Of a stretch of 64,000 nt of DNA, positions 13,314 to 27,640 are shown piece by piece. The translations under genes and the position numbers were made by a program. Source of the stretch: Octopus sinensis (taxonomy: Eukaryota); NCBI RefSeq assembly GCF_006345805.1, contig NC_042998.1, positions 162,874,001-162,938,000 of the forward strand, given 5' to 3'. The first letter of the stretch is position 1, and each line of letters begins with the position of its first letter. The notes beneath the pieces were generated by a model. The model was not told the origin of the DNA and ran no database searches. It saw only the letters and a program-made list of their open reading frames with translations.

Positions 13314-13466
13314 ATATTTATCTCCACCTAAAAGCGGATGTTCTCTTAGAACAAACTAAGCAAGAATGCATTTGCACCAAAAGTCATTACGATAGATTCT
13401 CACATGGTATCTACCACAGTATAATTTGTTCTAGCAGAGCATCCACGTTTAAGTGGAGATAAATAT
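13314..13466. mobile_element. small MITE with ~42-bp TIRs
   Basis: atatttatctccacctaaaagcggatgttctcttagaacaaa vs tttgttctagcagagcatccacgtttaagtggagataaatat. A related TIR occurs at ~57519-57560. Confidence 0.7.
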
Positions 13467-13477
13467 AATTTGGCATT

Positions 13478-13527
<50 letters not shown>

Positions 13528-13689
13528 TGTGCAACTATTAAGTGGAATGAGTTGGCGTGTATTTAAAATTAGCTAAAAAGATTGTTCAGCGGAAAATATT
13601 TAGAACATTAAAAAAGAAAGAATTTCATAGAGGCTTCATGATTATATTCTGCTCTACAACTCTTTCGACAGTTAAAAGTACGAGCAGCA

Positions 13690-14030
13690 GCATGTTCGTT
13701 GTCCCAACCCATATTGCAATACCGATGCAGAGGCCTTCTTTATAGTGTCTGACTAAGCAAAAAATTCCTGATATGCCTTCGTAATGGAGTATGATGTAGG
13801 TATATGAAAGGAAAGATTCGAAATATGAAGAACTTAAGAATTCATGTAAGGTACAAAAATGATAGTGTACTGTGTTTCCAGTAGAGTTAGGATAGCGTGG
13901 TATTGTAGCTAAATCCACTATGTCCCAGTTCACAGGCACTGGGCTAAGGTAGGATAACAGAGCAGTAGGGATTTGGGAACTGGAGAGGAAATTAGAAAGA
14001 CTTCATCATGGATAATGGCCTGTTATAGAA
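13690..14030 (+). pseudogene. relic of the C-terminal restriction-like endonuclease region of a Hero/R2-superfamily non-LTR retrotransposon
   Basis: Manual translation: FVVPTHIAIPMQRP ... VYERKDSKYEELKNSCKVQK**CTVFPVELG*RGIVAKST ... KTSSWIM. This resembles the RPD...ERK..KY.EL...C......PVEVGCRGF pattern of Hero-type REL domains. Multiple stops. Confidence 0.62.
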
Positions 14031-15426
14031 AGATCAAACCGAAGAGCAAAAAATAAATCTTCGATGACCAGTAAAACAATGCATGGTGGGTTACAGTTGC
14101 ATGCGGCTTGGAAAGTGTTGTTGCATGGACGGAGGGCTCAAAATGTTTTCTTCAGAGTGGGCCAAAGAACCTGGATTAATTAAGGGCAACGATGATGATC
14201 TGAACCACTTGATGTAGCTATACAATCAGATGGTGGCGATATTGTTGTGAATTTCAGTCGATAACTGATAAAGGGGGTTTCCTGTCGGGACAGTCTTGCA
14301 TAATATGATAGCTCGTCTGTCAAATTTGACGAATATTAGCAGTTTCCAATAAATAAATAAGGAAAGAAAGATTGAAAGGAAGAAATCAAAAAGAAAATGA
14401 AAACGGCTAGATATATCATGTTCATTCTTTGGAATGATCAATGAAAATGGTGAGTTCAACCATGCAACACTTCAGAGGACGCATCCATCCAGGGGACGGA
14501 CAATGAAAGATCCGCCAATGTGACTCTCAGATGTTTCAGCAATCAATAATCAATGAGTACCAGAACTGACCACACACACACAGACACACACACACACGAT
14601 TCTATCCACTCGTATCCGACGAAGATTTTCACTGACAATGAAAATGAATCGTGCTTTGGACAATGATTCTTTTTCGTATCTGCTGGCAACCTTTACAAAG
14701 TTGCAGTTATGCATATAACAGAAGTATATTCTGATGTATGTCCTTGTGCCGTTTTCATCTTGCTGTAGATCTTTGCTGTAAATAATGTTATATTTTGTAG
14801 TTTATGAAACTTGTGTCTAGGTGGAAAACTAAACTTCCTGTTCCGGTTACATATCGGTGCTTGGGCCTTCAACACCAGAGTTCTGGATTTTTTTCTATTT
14901 GAATACCCTAAAAGATTCCAAAAAGCCCTCTTCAGGAGTTAGCCTGAATACTGCCAGAAAGGTGGCTTTAAGGCTAGAGATTTAGCTGTAAGTTTTATAG
15001 GAAGCTGTAAGCCAAACTAGAAACTAACTCTAAGTCTATCCGCAAAGCTGGAAAAAAAAGTGGTTCAAAGGTTGATACACCGACACACTGTTACAGAGAT
15101 GGAATTCAAGTCACATGTTGAATGAATAAGTTAATGGGTGCGAATGAAAATATAGGTATTGAGTATAAGGGTACGGGTGTGTGGATATATGTCGGGTAGG
15201 GAGTTTGGAAAGAGGTATCGGATAATTAATACCAGGAGATACATATACAATGTGTATCTGTGAATGTGTCCCGAGTCCATTACATTACACAAGGGTAGAT
15301 GGCTGCGAAGCGTCCCGATAGTGGGGCCAAAGGCCTCAAAGGTGCCCTCTGCTAGCATATATATATTATATATAATATATATATTATATATATATATATA
15401 TGTGTGTGTGTATGTATATATGCATG

Positions 15427-15501
<75 letters not shown>

Positions 15502-15552
15502 GTATGTGTATGTATATATATATATACACACACACACAACACACACACATAT

Positions 15553-15582
<30 letters not shown>

Positions 15583-15583
<1 letters not shown>

Positions 15584-15663
15584 GAAAGAAAAACAGGACA
15601 CAAAGGATTTTGCGGTACATATGTTTCGAGCTTTATTCAAGTATTCACCCTGAATTTATTGTA

Positions 15664-15700
<37 letters not shown>

Positions 15701-15785
15701 GAGTGAGCAGACAAACGAAAGAAGTTCACTCACCACATTTATTGAGAGTTAAATGTGTGGATCAAACTGTTTGATCCATACACAC

Positions 15786-15817
<32 letters not shown>

Positions 15818-16050
15818 TATATATATATATATAATATATTATATATATATAGAAAGAAAAACAGGACACAAAGGATTTTGCGGTACATATGTTTCGAGCT
15901 TTATTCAAGTATTCACCCTGAATTTATTGTACCTAATATATATATATATATATATATATATTATACGAGTGAGCAGACAAACGAAAGAAGTTCACTCACC
16001 ACATTTATTGAGAGTTAAATGTGTGGATCAAACTGTTTGATCCATACACA
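15583..16050. repeat. tandem duplication, period ~268 bp, each unit with an internal (TA)n and CA/TA flank
   Basis: agaaagaaaaacaggacacaaagg...tgtggatcaaactgtttgatccatac starts at 15583 and again at 15851; the unique parts are essentially identical. Confidence 0.9.
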
Positions 16051-17232
16051 CACACACACATAAATTCACCCTCTTACAAGTGCAAGCAAATTAACGCAAA
16101 AACGCATGTCCACTTAGGCAGCCACATTCACAGAAACACGCGAAACACATGAATACACACACTTACACGCTCTAACACGCGCACACAAGCATATTAGGTA
16201 TTCACATGTATACAATGCCACACACATATATGTACACAGATATAAAATACATGTACATACACAGACAAATACCCACACATGCACACACAAAAGACACATA
16301 CATACACATATTTACTCATATACGCGCCCAAACGCCCACATCCACTCTCACACACACGCACTCACGCATGCGCGCGCACGCTCACAGAGATATTCATTCA
16401 GAAAAGCACATATATAGTTCATAGCTGCTGCTCCTGCTGTTAAATTTCTAGCAATTCTGGTAATATATAAAGGTCTCTCAATACTGCCATTGAGCAGAGG
16501 CACAACGCAGTAACGGTGGTAGTGGTGCAGATGGGGGTGATTGTGGGGGAGCATGGGAATGGTAGGAGCTAAATTTGACCTTTATTGAGAATTTTTTCTG
16601 CATATGTGACAAAGAATTTGAAATACAGAAACAAAAAAAAAATGAAAATTGAATAAATAAATAAGATTAAGGCAAAATGACAAAAATGTGTAAAAAAAAA
16701 AGTAAAAAGCCGCACAAGAAATAAGGAAACTTTTTATAAGGGCCAAACATGATGAAATGGTTAAATGAATTTATTGTTTTAAAATTATTTTTACAAAAAG
16801 AAAGAAAGGAAGGGAAGAAATGAAGAACGAAAATCGGAAGAAAAAAGTTTAAAAAATTTTTTTTCGTTTTAAAATAATCTAAAAAAAAAACACGAAGATG
16901 ATATATTATAGAGGAATTAATTGAAGTACTTGTCATTAAACGGTTTTGTTTTAAGAAGAGAGTGGGATTAGGTGTGTGGTGGGTGGAGGAAAAAAGTGAA
17001 GTCATTTTTACATTTATAACAGTTATTGCACGGCATTGATGATTAAAGTTAAAGACAGATATTTTTTTTAAATCACAAAAAAATTTTAAATCATCCCCTA
17101 AACAAATTGGCCCCGTGTACAGGAAATACCATCGTGTCGGTAAAACAATAAGATCTTTCGAGAACTTAGGAATATAGCTAAATAGAAACACATAAAAAAA
17201 TTCAAGACAGCAAGTAAACACAAACGCACGCA

Positions 17233-17299
<67 letters not shown>

Positions 17300-17439
17300 T
17301 CACACTCTCTCACACACACACACACACATACACACACATAATAATACAAAATGGGGATCAAATAGATTTTGGCAAATTAACTTGTTTCGTACTAAATGTG
17401 TGTATATATGTGTGTATATGTATATGTGTATATATATAG

Positions 17440-17519
<80 letters not shown>

Positions 17520-17938
17520 TATACATATATATATAAAACATATAACATTAATATGGTAAATTAATTGTTGAAATTAATCTTTAAAATTCAGGTAACATGA
17601 TTATATCGATCTTTTTGAAATAATTTTATCTCATTGAAGATCCTTTTGAATAAAAAGATATAAATGCTATTTTAAATGCTGACATAAAGCTAAGCCGTTA
17701 TGAATTAACAATTAACAGTGGCTAAGTTAGTATTACATAATTTATTTGTTTAAAACTAGTCAAGTGTATCATTCTCGTTCACTTTAAAGCTATGTATCAG
17801 AGGGTGACTCATAAATGATATCATTTCCGCATTCTTTATATGAAATTTATATTAAACGTTGATATTAATTAAGTCATACCTTTGATTAATTGTAGCATTC
17901 AATCAATTTTTACTATACATTTGCCTCCTTTATATATA

Positions 17939-18135
17939 CTAGCAGGACCCGTGAATATTTCACGGAATTAACAGTAAACCTGTTGGGTCATTTCTGAAAA
18001 CTTTATCCCAAACTCCTGAAAGCATAGCCTGTGTTATGTCTATATCAAAAGTTAGTCGCTCATCTGCTAATCATTGAAAAGTGGAGGAAATTGGAATACG
18101 ATGATTACTTAATGCACTTTATACATACACTTTAT
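17939..18135 (-). mobile_element. non-autonomous Helitron-like fragment (3' end at left)
   Basis: Minus strand ends ccgtgaa-ata-ttcacgg (hairpin), gtcctg, CTAG, next to (TA)n. The 5' boundary is uncertain. Confidence 0.55.
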
Positions 18136-19599
18136 ATACTTTATGCACAATTTTTTAGACTTAATACACAGTACTCATAAAATAAATATTCACTCTTATT
18201 TTTCCATTTTTTCCAATAAGCAAAAAAAAAAAATATCCCGTACATATGATACAACCTTTAGTTAAACTGCATATATATGCCACGTTAAATAAGAGTGAAT
18301 ATTTCATGGAATTGCACTTATGCGCATGCGTTAAGTGATAGGTGATAGTTCAATAAAAAATACACTTCCCACTATCTAATCAACACTGCAGCCCCCACCA
18401 CCACCACCATCATCATCTCTCTCTCCCCTCTCTCTCCGCCTTTCTTTAACCTCACCATCAGAACATCACCCCTCTGCTAAAATTAAATTTTGACTCTCCT
18501 CTATATCATTCAACTAATTCTTTTAACCACGTAATAAATATTACGTTCCTCCTACCTCACGTCGTGGACGGTTGGCTCTTTTTATTTTCTCTCTGTCTTT
18601 TTCTCTAACCCTCTTATTCTTTCTCCCTCTTTTTGACTCACTCTTCACCTTATCCTCTTTTTCTCTTTTCTTTTTTCTTTCTCCTCTCTTTCCCTTCAAC
18701 TAATCACTTGAAAGCGTTACAATTACATTCCATCTACCTTACCACATGGACGTTTCTCCCTCCCTCTTATTCTCTAATCACGTGAAAACGTTACCGACGG
18801 ATTAAGTAACGGAATGCCAAACAGAATTATTATAAGATACAAGCTTAAAAGCCGCACTCCATGACTTTTTAGTTAGCTCCCATGGTGAGCTAATTGGACC
18901 TGCGGCCCAAAGTTAAAGAGAGTTAAATAGCATGACTATAATATGTCTATAATGACAACATGCTCCAGTGGTGGTTCATCAGAGGTTAAGGGCGGATGTG
19001 AATTAATTCTGCAATGCAATCATTTATTTTTCCAGTCACAAGCTGAATTCCAACTGTTGACCAATTTGTCCCAAAGTTCTTATCTCGACGTAAAATTAAC
19101 GAAGCGTATGTCATTTATCTCCCCCTTGATCTCTGACGTCATCTGACAAGCGCCAGTCAAGATTGCGTGAATTAGCCAAGCTTTACCTGCCAGAAATAGC
19201 AACCCAAGTGCTTTTAAAATCAGATCCCAATGATGGATGTTCAAGAACCGGGATCATCCTGATTCCAAAAAGGTATAATATGTCTATGTGGAACAAATGT
19301 AGACTGAGATACAGGGGTCCCAGACAGAATTTCACTTTTATTATCATAGATAAGAAATAATTTTCTATTCGGATATACACTTTGTGGTATGCTGTTTAAA
19401 GCGCATTCACAGTATTTTATCATTAGTGTATTAAATTTCATTTGATTCATGTTATATTTTTGATTCCTTATTCTTTTATCCTGGTATACTTTATTTTATT
19501 GCTTCTATGAGAAAAATTCATCAACATATCTTAGATCCTTTTAGAGACGCATGATACACTACAATTACAGAATGGGTTGTTATCGAAATAAGCAAAACG

Positions 19600-20060
19600 T
19601 AGAATTCAGAGAGAGTCACCTGAGGAGACGCATCATGAATGTTTTACAGCACCTCACCTGATGAGATGGCCGAAGTTTGCTCCACGAAAAATGCACATCT
19701 TTGCACTCTTCAAGCTACGGTCCAAAAGTTGCAAAGCCTGAATTATGAGATTTTGCAACATCCTCCCTATTCCCCTGATATCTCTCCTACTGATCATCCA
19801 TCACTTATTTAAGCATTTTCAGCTTTTTATAAGCTATAAAACATTCTTAAATACAGAAGAAGTAACTGAAGCATTCGGACAGTTTATCACAGCAAAAGAT
19901 GAATTTTTTTAAAAGATGGAATATATGACATAGAGAAACGTTGAGTAAGCGTCATAAATGAACATGGATCATACTTTGATTAAAAAAATTAGCTCTCTAA
20001 CACTTCTGAAACATTTTATAGTTACCTTTCAAATACATTTCATGTGAAACAACCTAATTT
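19600..20060 (+). pseudogene. mariner transposase C-terminal relic with probable right TIR
   Basis: LHENAHL..LQATVQKLQSLNYEILQHPPYSPDISPTD (HPPYSPD starts at 19759) ..HLFKHFQLF..FLNTEEVTEAFGQFI..KDGIYDIEKR*VSVINEHGSYFD* (stop at 19981), followed by ...acaacctaat. Confidence 0.85.
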
Positions 20061-22449
20061 ATTATGTGATATATTCGACAATAAAGCAAGCCTTTCAAAG
20101 TGCTGATGAACTCAATTATCAACGGCCATCCAACAGCTGAGAATGAGAGACCTAGACTCTTTAGATATCTCTCTTGAAAAAGAAAATCTGTGATGCATCA
20201 CCTGCAACTCCTTTTTGCATCCAATGAGGGCAAATGCATACGTTGTCTTTAGAAAATGAGATATGCCCTGTCAAGGCCTATCCCCAACTGAAATGGCTTC
20301 AGCCATAGGCTTTGCTTGATCTTTTTTAACAACTCTATTATGGGTAGTATACCAAAGCTGGTGGTTGCCTACAAAGCAAAGCACTTAGTGAAAAATTCCA
20401 TGAGAGAATGAAGTCATTTGTCAGAGCGGGTTAAGAGTAAATCTCTGAACACCTTTTGTGTAAGATGTACCTATCGTTGCTATACCTATGCAAAAAAGCT
20501 TATGTTCCTAGCAAGGTTAAAAAGTTACATCTGCACTGCTCAAATGAAAAGAACATTGCTCGAAATCGAGTTGCAGCTGTTACATACGTACGTACTTATA
20601 TATGTATGTACGTATGTATGTGCGTACGTATGTATGTATGTATGTATGTATGTATGTATGTATGTATGTATGTATGTATGTGCGTATGCATGCATGCATG
20701 CATGGATTACAACACTTATCAACCACAAGGCCTCATATTTGATTCTAGTGCGTGACATTTTGAGCAAGTATCTTTTGTTATAGTTTAGGGTCTCCCGAAG
20801 TCTTGTGAATAACTGACAGCAGACGGAAACTGCGCAGAAGCCCATCGGATTGATTGTATCTATAATTCAAAGGGTCAACCATGTCGCGCTAGTTCAATAA
20901 TGAGAAGTTTACATACCTGCTCATTATCGAATTAGATCGAGCAACTGTAAACTGACGGAGATCTATTTACTGAATTTTTATGTGTGCGTGCGTGTGTATG
21001 TCTGTGTGTGTGTGTGTGCGCGCGCGCGTGTATTATTTGTGAAAGAACATCTCGTTTAATATCCAACGTAGATGACCAGCATGTAATACGACTGACCACT
21101 CGATTTCTCGTGACTTCTCTCTGCTACTATCCGTCTCTGTTCGTTTAATAAAGAGTTAAACGTCTTTCAACAGAACGCTGTGAATTTTCAAAAGGCAAAA
21201 AAAAAAAAGATAAATAAATAAATAAATAAATAAAATAAATTCTTTGTGAAAGCATTAGGAAATTCCGACTTAATTTGATCGAAAGAACATTTGATGAAAG
21301 GAGTGTCATACTTCTCAATTTTCGCACCTCATCATCTTCATCATCATCACAATCATCGTCGTCGTCGTTGTCGTCATCATCATCATCATCACCATCATCA
21401 TCACAATCATCGTCGTCGTCGTTGTCATCATCATCATCACCACAGTCATTATCATCATCATTACAGCCGTCTTCATCATCATCATCATTATCAGAGTTGT
21501 TGTCATCATCATGATCATCACTATCATCATCATCATCATCATTCATCATCATCATTATCCCCTTCGCCATTCTCAACATCCTGCTCCTCCAATCCTCACC
21601 ACCACCACCACCATCCATTATCACTATCTTCCATTCTACCCACCCTAGTAGGTTGTCCAATTTCTTCTCTTTTCTCTCTCTCCCCACTTCCCCTTCTTAC
21701 AACGATTAAATTGGTCGCCTATTTTGGTCATGTCCATAGGGAGTGTTTCTATACCCAAAAATGTATGTATGTAAGTGTGTGTATATATATGTGTGTCTGT
21801 ATGTGTGGTGAATACGTAAGATGAGAGACGTTTATTACATGTAGCAAATGCTATATATGTACTTTTTATGGTGGATTTAGCATTCTTTAAACTCTCTCTC
21901 TCTCCGCTGAGATGTAGCAGGCATTGAGTAGGCATACTGAATAGTGATACTGAGTAAAGATGCTAAATGATACGGAATAGTGACAGTTAAGTAGAGATGA
22001 TAAGTAAAGGTAGAGAGCAGTCACAGTGGTCATTAATACTGAGCAGCGATGTTGAGTAGGGACAATGAGTAACGATACTGCGTAATGAGAGTAAGTAGTG
22101 TTAATGAGTAGTAAACCCCCTCTCCTCGGGTCCATATGGGATTTTAAGGGTCCATTCAGGGAAATTAGTAAATTGGGGACCCGTATAAGTACATTAAGGG
22201 TCCGTGAAAAAACATTTGTTTTAGATGTATTTATTGCAAGAAACAGCAAGATTTCTTTCTCTAATGTCTTGCAGAGTTCAAACAACACAAGTTCATGTGT
22301 GATGAACAAAATAGGAATTTTGAAAGAAGTATCTATAAAACTAGATTTTATACATCGAATGGCTATGGGGGCGGGGTCCACCAGAACAAAATAGTAATCA
22401 AAGGGTCCATAGATAAAAAAATATGGTTGAAAATTACTGATCTCCATAT

Positions 22450-22666
22450 TTCCACATTTCCGGGGCTGAAGCCCGTGGTAGGTCTTTCAAACCGCTCATC
22501 GTCTTCCAGGAATGTTCTTTCGCTTTTGAAGGGCCCGTGTCGCTAGAAACATTGCGTACGACCCATTGTCTCGTCGCCGTAAACTTGCCGAAGCATGCTG
22601 AATGTCTCTGCTGCAGACCTCCCAAGTTTAACGCAAAATTTCACGTTGGCTCTTTGTCTTGTCCAT
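22450..22666 (-). pseudogene. mariner transposase N-terminal (HTH) relic
   Basis: Minus strand: QRANVKFCVKLGRSAAETFSMLRQVYGDETMGRTQCF*RHGPFKSERTFLEDDERFERP, a typical mariner N-terminus. Confidence 0.87.
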
Positions 22667-22724
22667 GAAAAAATCGCAAACTATAGCATACATATAATCA
22701 CAAAAACGCAAATTTCATAACTTA

Positions 22725-22903
22725 GGCGTAGGAGTGGCTGTGTGGTAAGTAGCTTGCTTACCAACCACATGGTTCTGGGTTCAGTCCCACTGCGTGGCAT
22801 CTTGGGCAAGTGTCTTCTACTATAGTCTCGGGCCGACCAAAGCTTTATGAGTAGATTTGGTAGACGGAAACTGAAAGAAGCCCGTCGTATATATGTATGT
22901 ATG

Positions 22904-22937
<34 letters not shown>

Positions 22938-22938
22938 A

Positions 22939-22971
<33 letters not shown>

Positions 22972-23215
22972 CGTGTGTGTGTATGTTTATATATATATGT
23001 ACGTATGTGTGTATGTTTATGTGTCTGAATTTGTCCCCCCAACATCGCTTGACAACCGTGTCTACGTCCCCGTAACTTAGCGGTTCGGCAAAGGACCCCG
23101 ATAGAATAAGTACTAGGCTTACAAAGAATAAGTCCTGGGGTCGATTTGCTCGACTAAAGGCGATGCTCCAGCATGGCCACAGTCAAATGACTGAAACAAG
23201 TAAAAGAGTAAAAGA
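22725..23215 (+). mobile_element. tRNA-headed SINE family B, full-length representative
   Basis: A-box-like gtggctgtgtggta, B-box-like ggttcagtcc, CORE-like ttgggcaagtgtctt, internal (TA)n/(TG)n, tail aagtaaaagagtaaaag. Other copies or fragments at about 7203-7645(+), 7835-8211(-), 10190-10540(+), 27080-27460(-), 28985-29370(+), 34020-34195(+), 39067-40255(+, interrupted), 53940-54320(+), 61490-61665(+), 63150-63405(+). Confidence 0.9.
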
Positions 23216-23498
23216 ACTTATGAAGTAAACACAGCAATGTCACTCAGCACACTGCCCCATGAAGATCACTGTTAGCTCTTACTGTGCACGCAACTGTGTG
23301 CTACCATCTGATAGATAGACAGACAGACAGATGTTCTTTTCCTAAATGGTATGTCAGCTTTGAAGAATTCTCGATTCTTGAGACGAGCACTCATTTCTCA
23401 AGTGTAACTGATCTTGATTAACAAATTAGTACTAATAATGTAACCTCATGCGGCGGAGATAATTTAATAAATGAAGAATTTTGTATTGTAATTAATAA

Positions 23499-23706
23499 AC
23501 GAGGGGTGCTGAAAAGTTCCTGGGTTTGGGTAGAAGAAAATACAGGAGGACCAGTTATTAATAATGATTTTATTCAACATATTCCTATCTCAGATTCACA
23601 CAGCCCTTCAATTTTTCTAAGCCCTGTAAAAGAAATCGGAAGGTTGCGCCTCCAGCCTAGCCTTTCCCGGCACTCTTTAATCCAGAAACTTTCAGCACCC
23701 CTTCGT
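23499..23706. mobile_element. mariner-derived MITE
   Basis: TIRs acgaggggtgctgaaaagtt and aactttcagcaccccttcgt. Same family as 51804-52017 and 58872-59070. Confidence 0.85.
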
Positions 23707-23982
23707 TCTAGTATTTGTCTATGAAATCAAATAGAAGTCCTTCAATTATATTTATGACCAACCATTGAATGCAATCATAAATAAGGCTTCTTAGAAATAA
23801 CAGCCAAATCTGTGTTTTCAAATCCTACTGCAACGTATTTTAAAGGAGAATGAAAGAACACGTTGCATAATTTAGTATCTACATACACTATGCCGAGGAA
23901 AGCCAGGATGGCCGTGGACAATTTATGGAAAGGTTTGCTTGGTCAGGGGAAAAGAAACTGCTTTTAAGCTACTAACAATAAC

Positions 23983-24276
23983 TTGTTTGCTGTTTGCTCC
24001 TTCTTGAGCCATGTCTGGCTCATAAGGGCCGGTTTCCTGGTTTCCTTGGCGTATAGGTTCCCGGTCCGTCGCAGGTGAGCTGTAAGATGCAGGAGGAAAG
24101 AGTGAGGGAATGTTGTGGCGAAAGAGTCAGCAGAAGTTCGCCCTTACCTTCTGCCGGAGCCGCGTGGAGCCTAGGTGTTTCGCTCATAAACACACACATC
24201 GCCCGGTCTGAGATTCGAACCCGCGATCCCTCAACCGCGAGTCCGCTGCTCTAACCACTAGGCTATGTGCATCCAC
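23983..24276 (-). mobile_element. tRNA-headed SINE family E
   Basis: Minus-strand head tagcctagtggttagagcagcggactcgcggttgagggatcgcgggttcgaatctc (A and B boxes), 3' end ...gagcaaacagcaaacaag. Second copy at 27641-27909. Confidence 0.85.
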
Positions 24277-24838
24277 AACTTGGGGAGATGTAGAGATGTC
24301 AATTCTTGTCGGGTTTCGTACGGTCAATGTCGATCTGAAGTTTCTTTTATTTATTTATTTAATTATTTTTCCTTCCGTTTTGTTACTTTTTTATCACTTG
24401 TATCATTTAATTTAAAAACAAAACAACATTTTAAAAAGTTTTAGTAAAGACAAACTGAACTCCATCAACATTCACCATCATCTTTACTATCACCACCACC
24501 ACCATAACCACCACTACAATCGCCATTACACTCATCATCGTCGTCATCATCATCATCATCATCCTCGCCCTTATCACAATCTTTTTCTTCTTCATCATCA
24601 TTATCATTGTCATCATCTTCAGTCATTCTCGTCATCATCTCTTCCTCCACCACTAACACTACCATCATCGCCAAGATGATGATGATGATGATGACCATCA
24701 TCATCAGTATCTTCGTCACTACAAATTATCCTTACCAAGTACCACCAGTATCATTATCCTCACCACCACCATCATCGCCATCGTCATCACCGTGATCATC
24801 GTCATCACCACAAATTATCCTTACAACTACCACCACTG

Positions 24839-24881
<43 letters not shown>

Positions 24882-25403
24882 TATCATCATAATCACCATC
24901 ATCCATCTATCCGTCCTCCACTACCATCACCACCATAATTTCTTACATTAACATCTTCATAATACGTCGCTGTTCCTCTCCGAAACACAGGACTGATATG
25001 TAAAATTCTTCACGTCTGAGGGTTCGACCAAAAACAGTTTGGAAATCTGCCATATTGTTGATATTTCTGGATTATCACTCTTGAAAGCACTACCACCATC
25101 ATTATCACCATCACCATCACCTACAACAACAGCAACAACAAACAAACAAAAATAATATTAAAAAATATATATTAGAAAAAAAAATGAAAAGTTGATTCAA
25201 TGCCCAGACTATTGTAAAATGGCATTTGGAGATGGCTTTGGTACTTTGTTTAGCTGTTGTTGTTGTCGTTGTTGTTGTTGTTTTATTTTTAAATATTCTT
25301 ATCTTTACTTTCTCGTCGAATAACTGAACAAGTAAATAAAATACACGAAGAAAGAGTGGCAGAAAATCTAGGAAGACAGAACAGAAAGAAAAAAACAACA
25401 AAG

Positions 25404-25506
<103 letters not shown>

Positions 25507-25539
25507 CATACATATATACATACATACATATATATACAC

Positions 25540-25572
<33 letters not shown>

Positions 25573-25759
25573 TGTATGTATGTATGTATGTATATATATA
25601 TATACATGTATATATGTATATATATATATACATGTATATATGTATATATATATATACATGTATATATGTATATATATATATACATGTATATATATATATG
25701 TATATTTGTATGTGTGTGTATACGTACGTACATACATATATATATATACACTCACACGC

Positions 25760-25815
<56 letters not shown>

Positions 25816-25984
25816 TAGCAACACCTAATAAAGAAGCAATAACTATTACAACAGCAACTACTGCTACTACAGCAGTTAAATCTACAATAGTAAAAACACC
25901 ACCAGCAACAGCTACTACTACTAGTGCCAATACTACCACTATTAATACCGTTATTATTATTATCATTATTATTATTATTATTAT

Positions 25985-26114
<130 letters not shown>

Positions 26115-27640
26115 GGTGGTGGTGGTGATGGTTGTAGTAGTGAAAATTTTTACTGTAGCAATTACAAAGACAATTAAATCAGCTAATGTAATAACACTAG
26201 TATCAAATACTACTATTTGATCTCAGCAAGATTTGAACTCAAAACGTAAAAAGAATAAAAAATAAAAATACGGAACAAATACCGCTAAGCATTACTTACC
26301 GACGCTCTAACTCTTCTGTGAGCTCGCTGCCTTAAAGTAAAACTTGAAATTTTGAGGTCAATATTATCGAGCCCAGTCCGAGTTCAAGTTCCGCCGAGGT
26401 CGACTTAGCCTTTCATCCTTTCGGAGTCGATAAAACTAATAACAATTGAGCACTGGGGTTGATGTAATTGATTTACCTCCTCCCCGAAATTGCTGGCCCT
26501 GTGACAAAATTTGAAACCATTATCGCGCCTGGTACTTCATTTGTACTTTGTTTCATAGACCCTGGAGGGATGAAAAGCAAAGTTGCCTCTGCAGGATTTG
26601 AACTCTGAAGGTAAAGAGCCGAAGCAAACGCTGTAGCGCAATATTTTTCGACCCTCTAACGATTTTATCAACTCTCTGGCTTGGAATTTTGAGGTGAGTA
26701 TTATCGAAACTAGTACTTTATTGTCACTTTGTTTCATCAACCCTTGAGGGATGAAAGGCAAGGTTGACCTCAGCAGCATTTGAGCCGAAGTGAATGCTAC
26801 CAGACTTTATTTTTCCGATGCGTTAACGATACCGCCAATTCGCCAAACGCAGTAGCGCAATCAGCGCCGATCCTGTGTCAGAATTTCTAACTTGTAGAGT
26901 TTTATCGATTTACTGTTATCGCAAATAGAAGGATCCGGTTATCAACAGAGCTCATGGTGAAAATCATACTGCTTTCGTCCTTTCTTTGGGCAGGTTTCCA
27001 AAGTCAGGTGGTTTTCAGCATAAGAGGTCGTATGGTGGGCGCAACTAAAATGAGCGCAGACTTCTTTTTAGCGTATCTTTTTACTCGTTTCTGTTATTAG
27101 ACTTTGGCCATGCTGAGGCACCACCTTGAAGAATTTTTAGTCGAATGAATCGACTGTACTTATTTTTCTTGTGAAGCTGTAGCTTATTCTATCAGGCCTC
27201 TTTGCCGAACCGCTAAGTCACATGAATGTAAACACTCCAGCACCGGTTATCATGCGATGGCAGATGGGGACACACACGTGTGTGCGTGTGTGTGTGCATG
27301 CACAACGTGGTTCTTCCAGTTTCCATCTAAGAAATCCACTCACAAGGCGTTGGTCGGTCCGAGACTGCAGAATATATTTACCTAAGGTATCACGCAGTGG
27401 AACTGAACCCGAAGCCATGACGTTGGAAGCAAGCTTCTTCCCACACAGCCACGCCTGCGCCAGTCAAGTTTCACTCGGAAAAGGATGATATGGTGCTCTA
27501 TCTCGAATGAATTTGCCGAAAGATGAGTGTGAATGACAATAGTGGTCCCTGTGAATGGATTCACTCTGAATATAACTATGTGTCTCAAAACGACAACTAA
27601 GGAAAGAACAATAGCATCTCAAAAAAATTAATTAATTAAT

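Noticed and set aside
14606-14655. HHR-like ccgacgaag-attttca-loop-tgaaaat-gaatcg
   Set aside because: Core mutated at both ends (CCGA, GAAU) and no convincing helix I or III. At best a very decayed remnant.
14620-14800. Minus-strand frame NIIYSKD...TYIRI...RYEKESLSK resembling a GIY-YIG nuclease
   Set aside because: The YIG and catalytic Arg spacing are not preserved; the similarity is too weak without an HMM search.
16660-17220. A-rich 210-aa minus-strand ORF region (similar at 47320-47720)
   Set aside because: Homopolymer-rich low-complexity sequence, possibly lower-quality consensus, with no recognisable domain.
21290-21620. His-rich / Asp-rich ORFs (also 24465-24900, 33780-34010, 47760-48020)
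   Set aside because: Degenerate (CAT/CGT/CAC)n tracts open in several frames on both strands, which is typical cryptic simple sequence.
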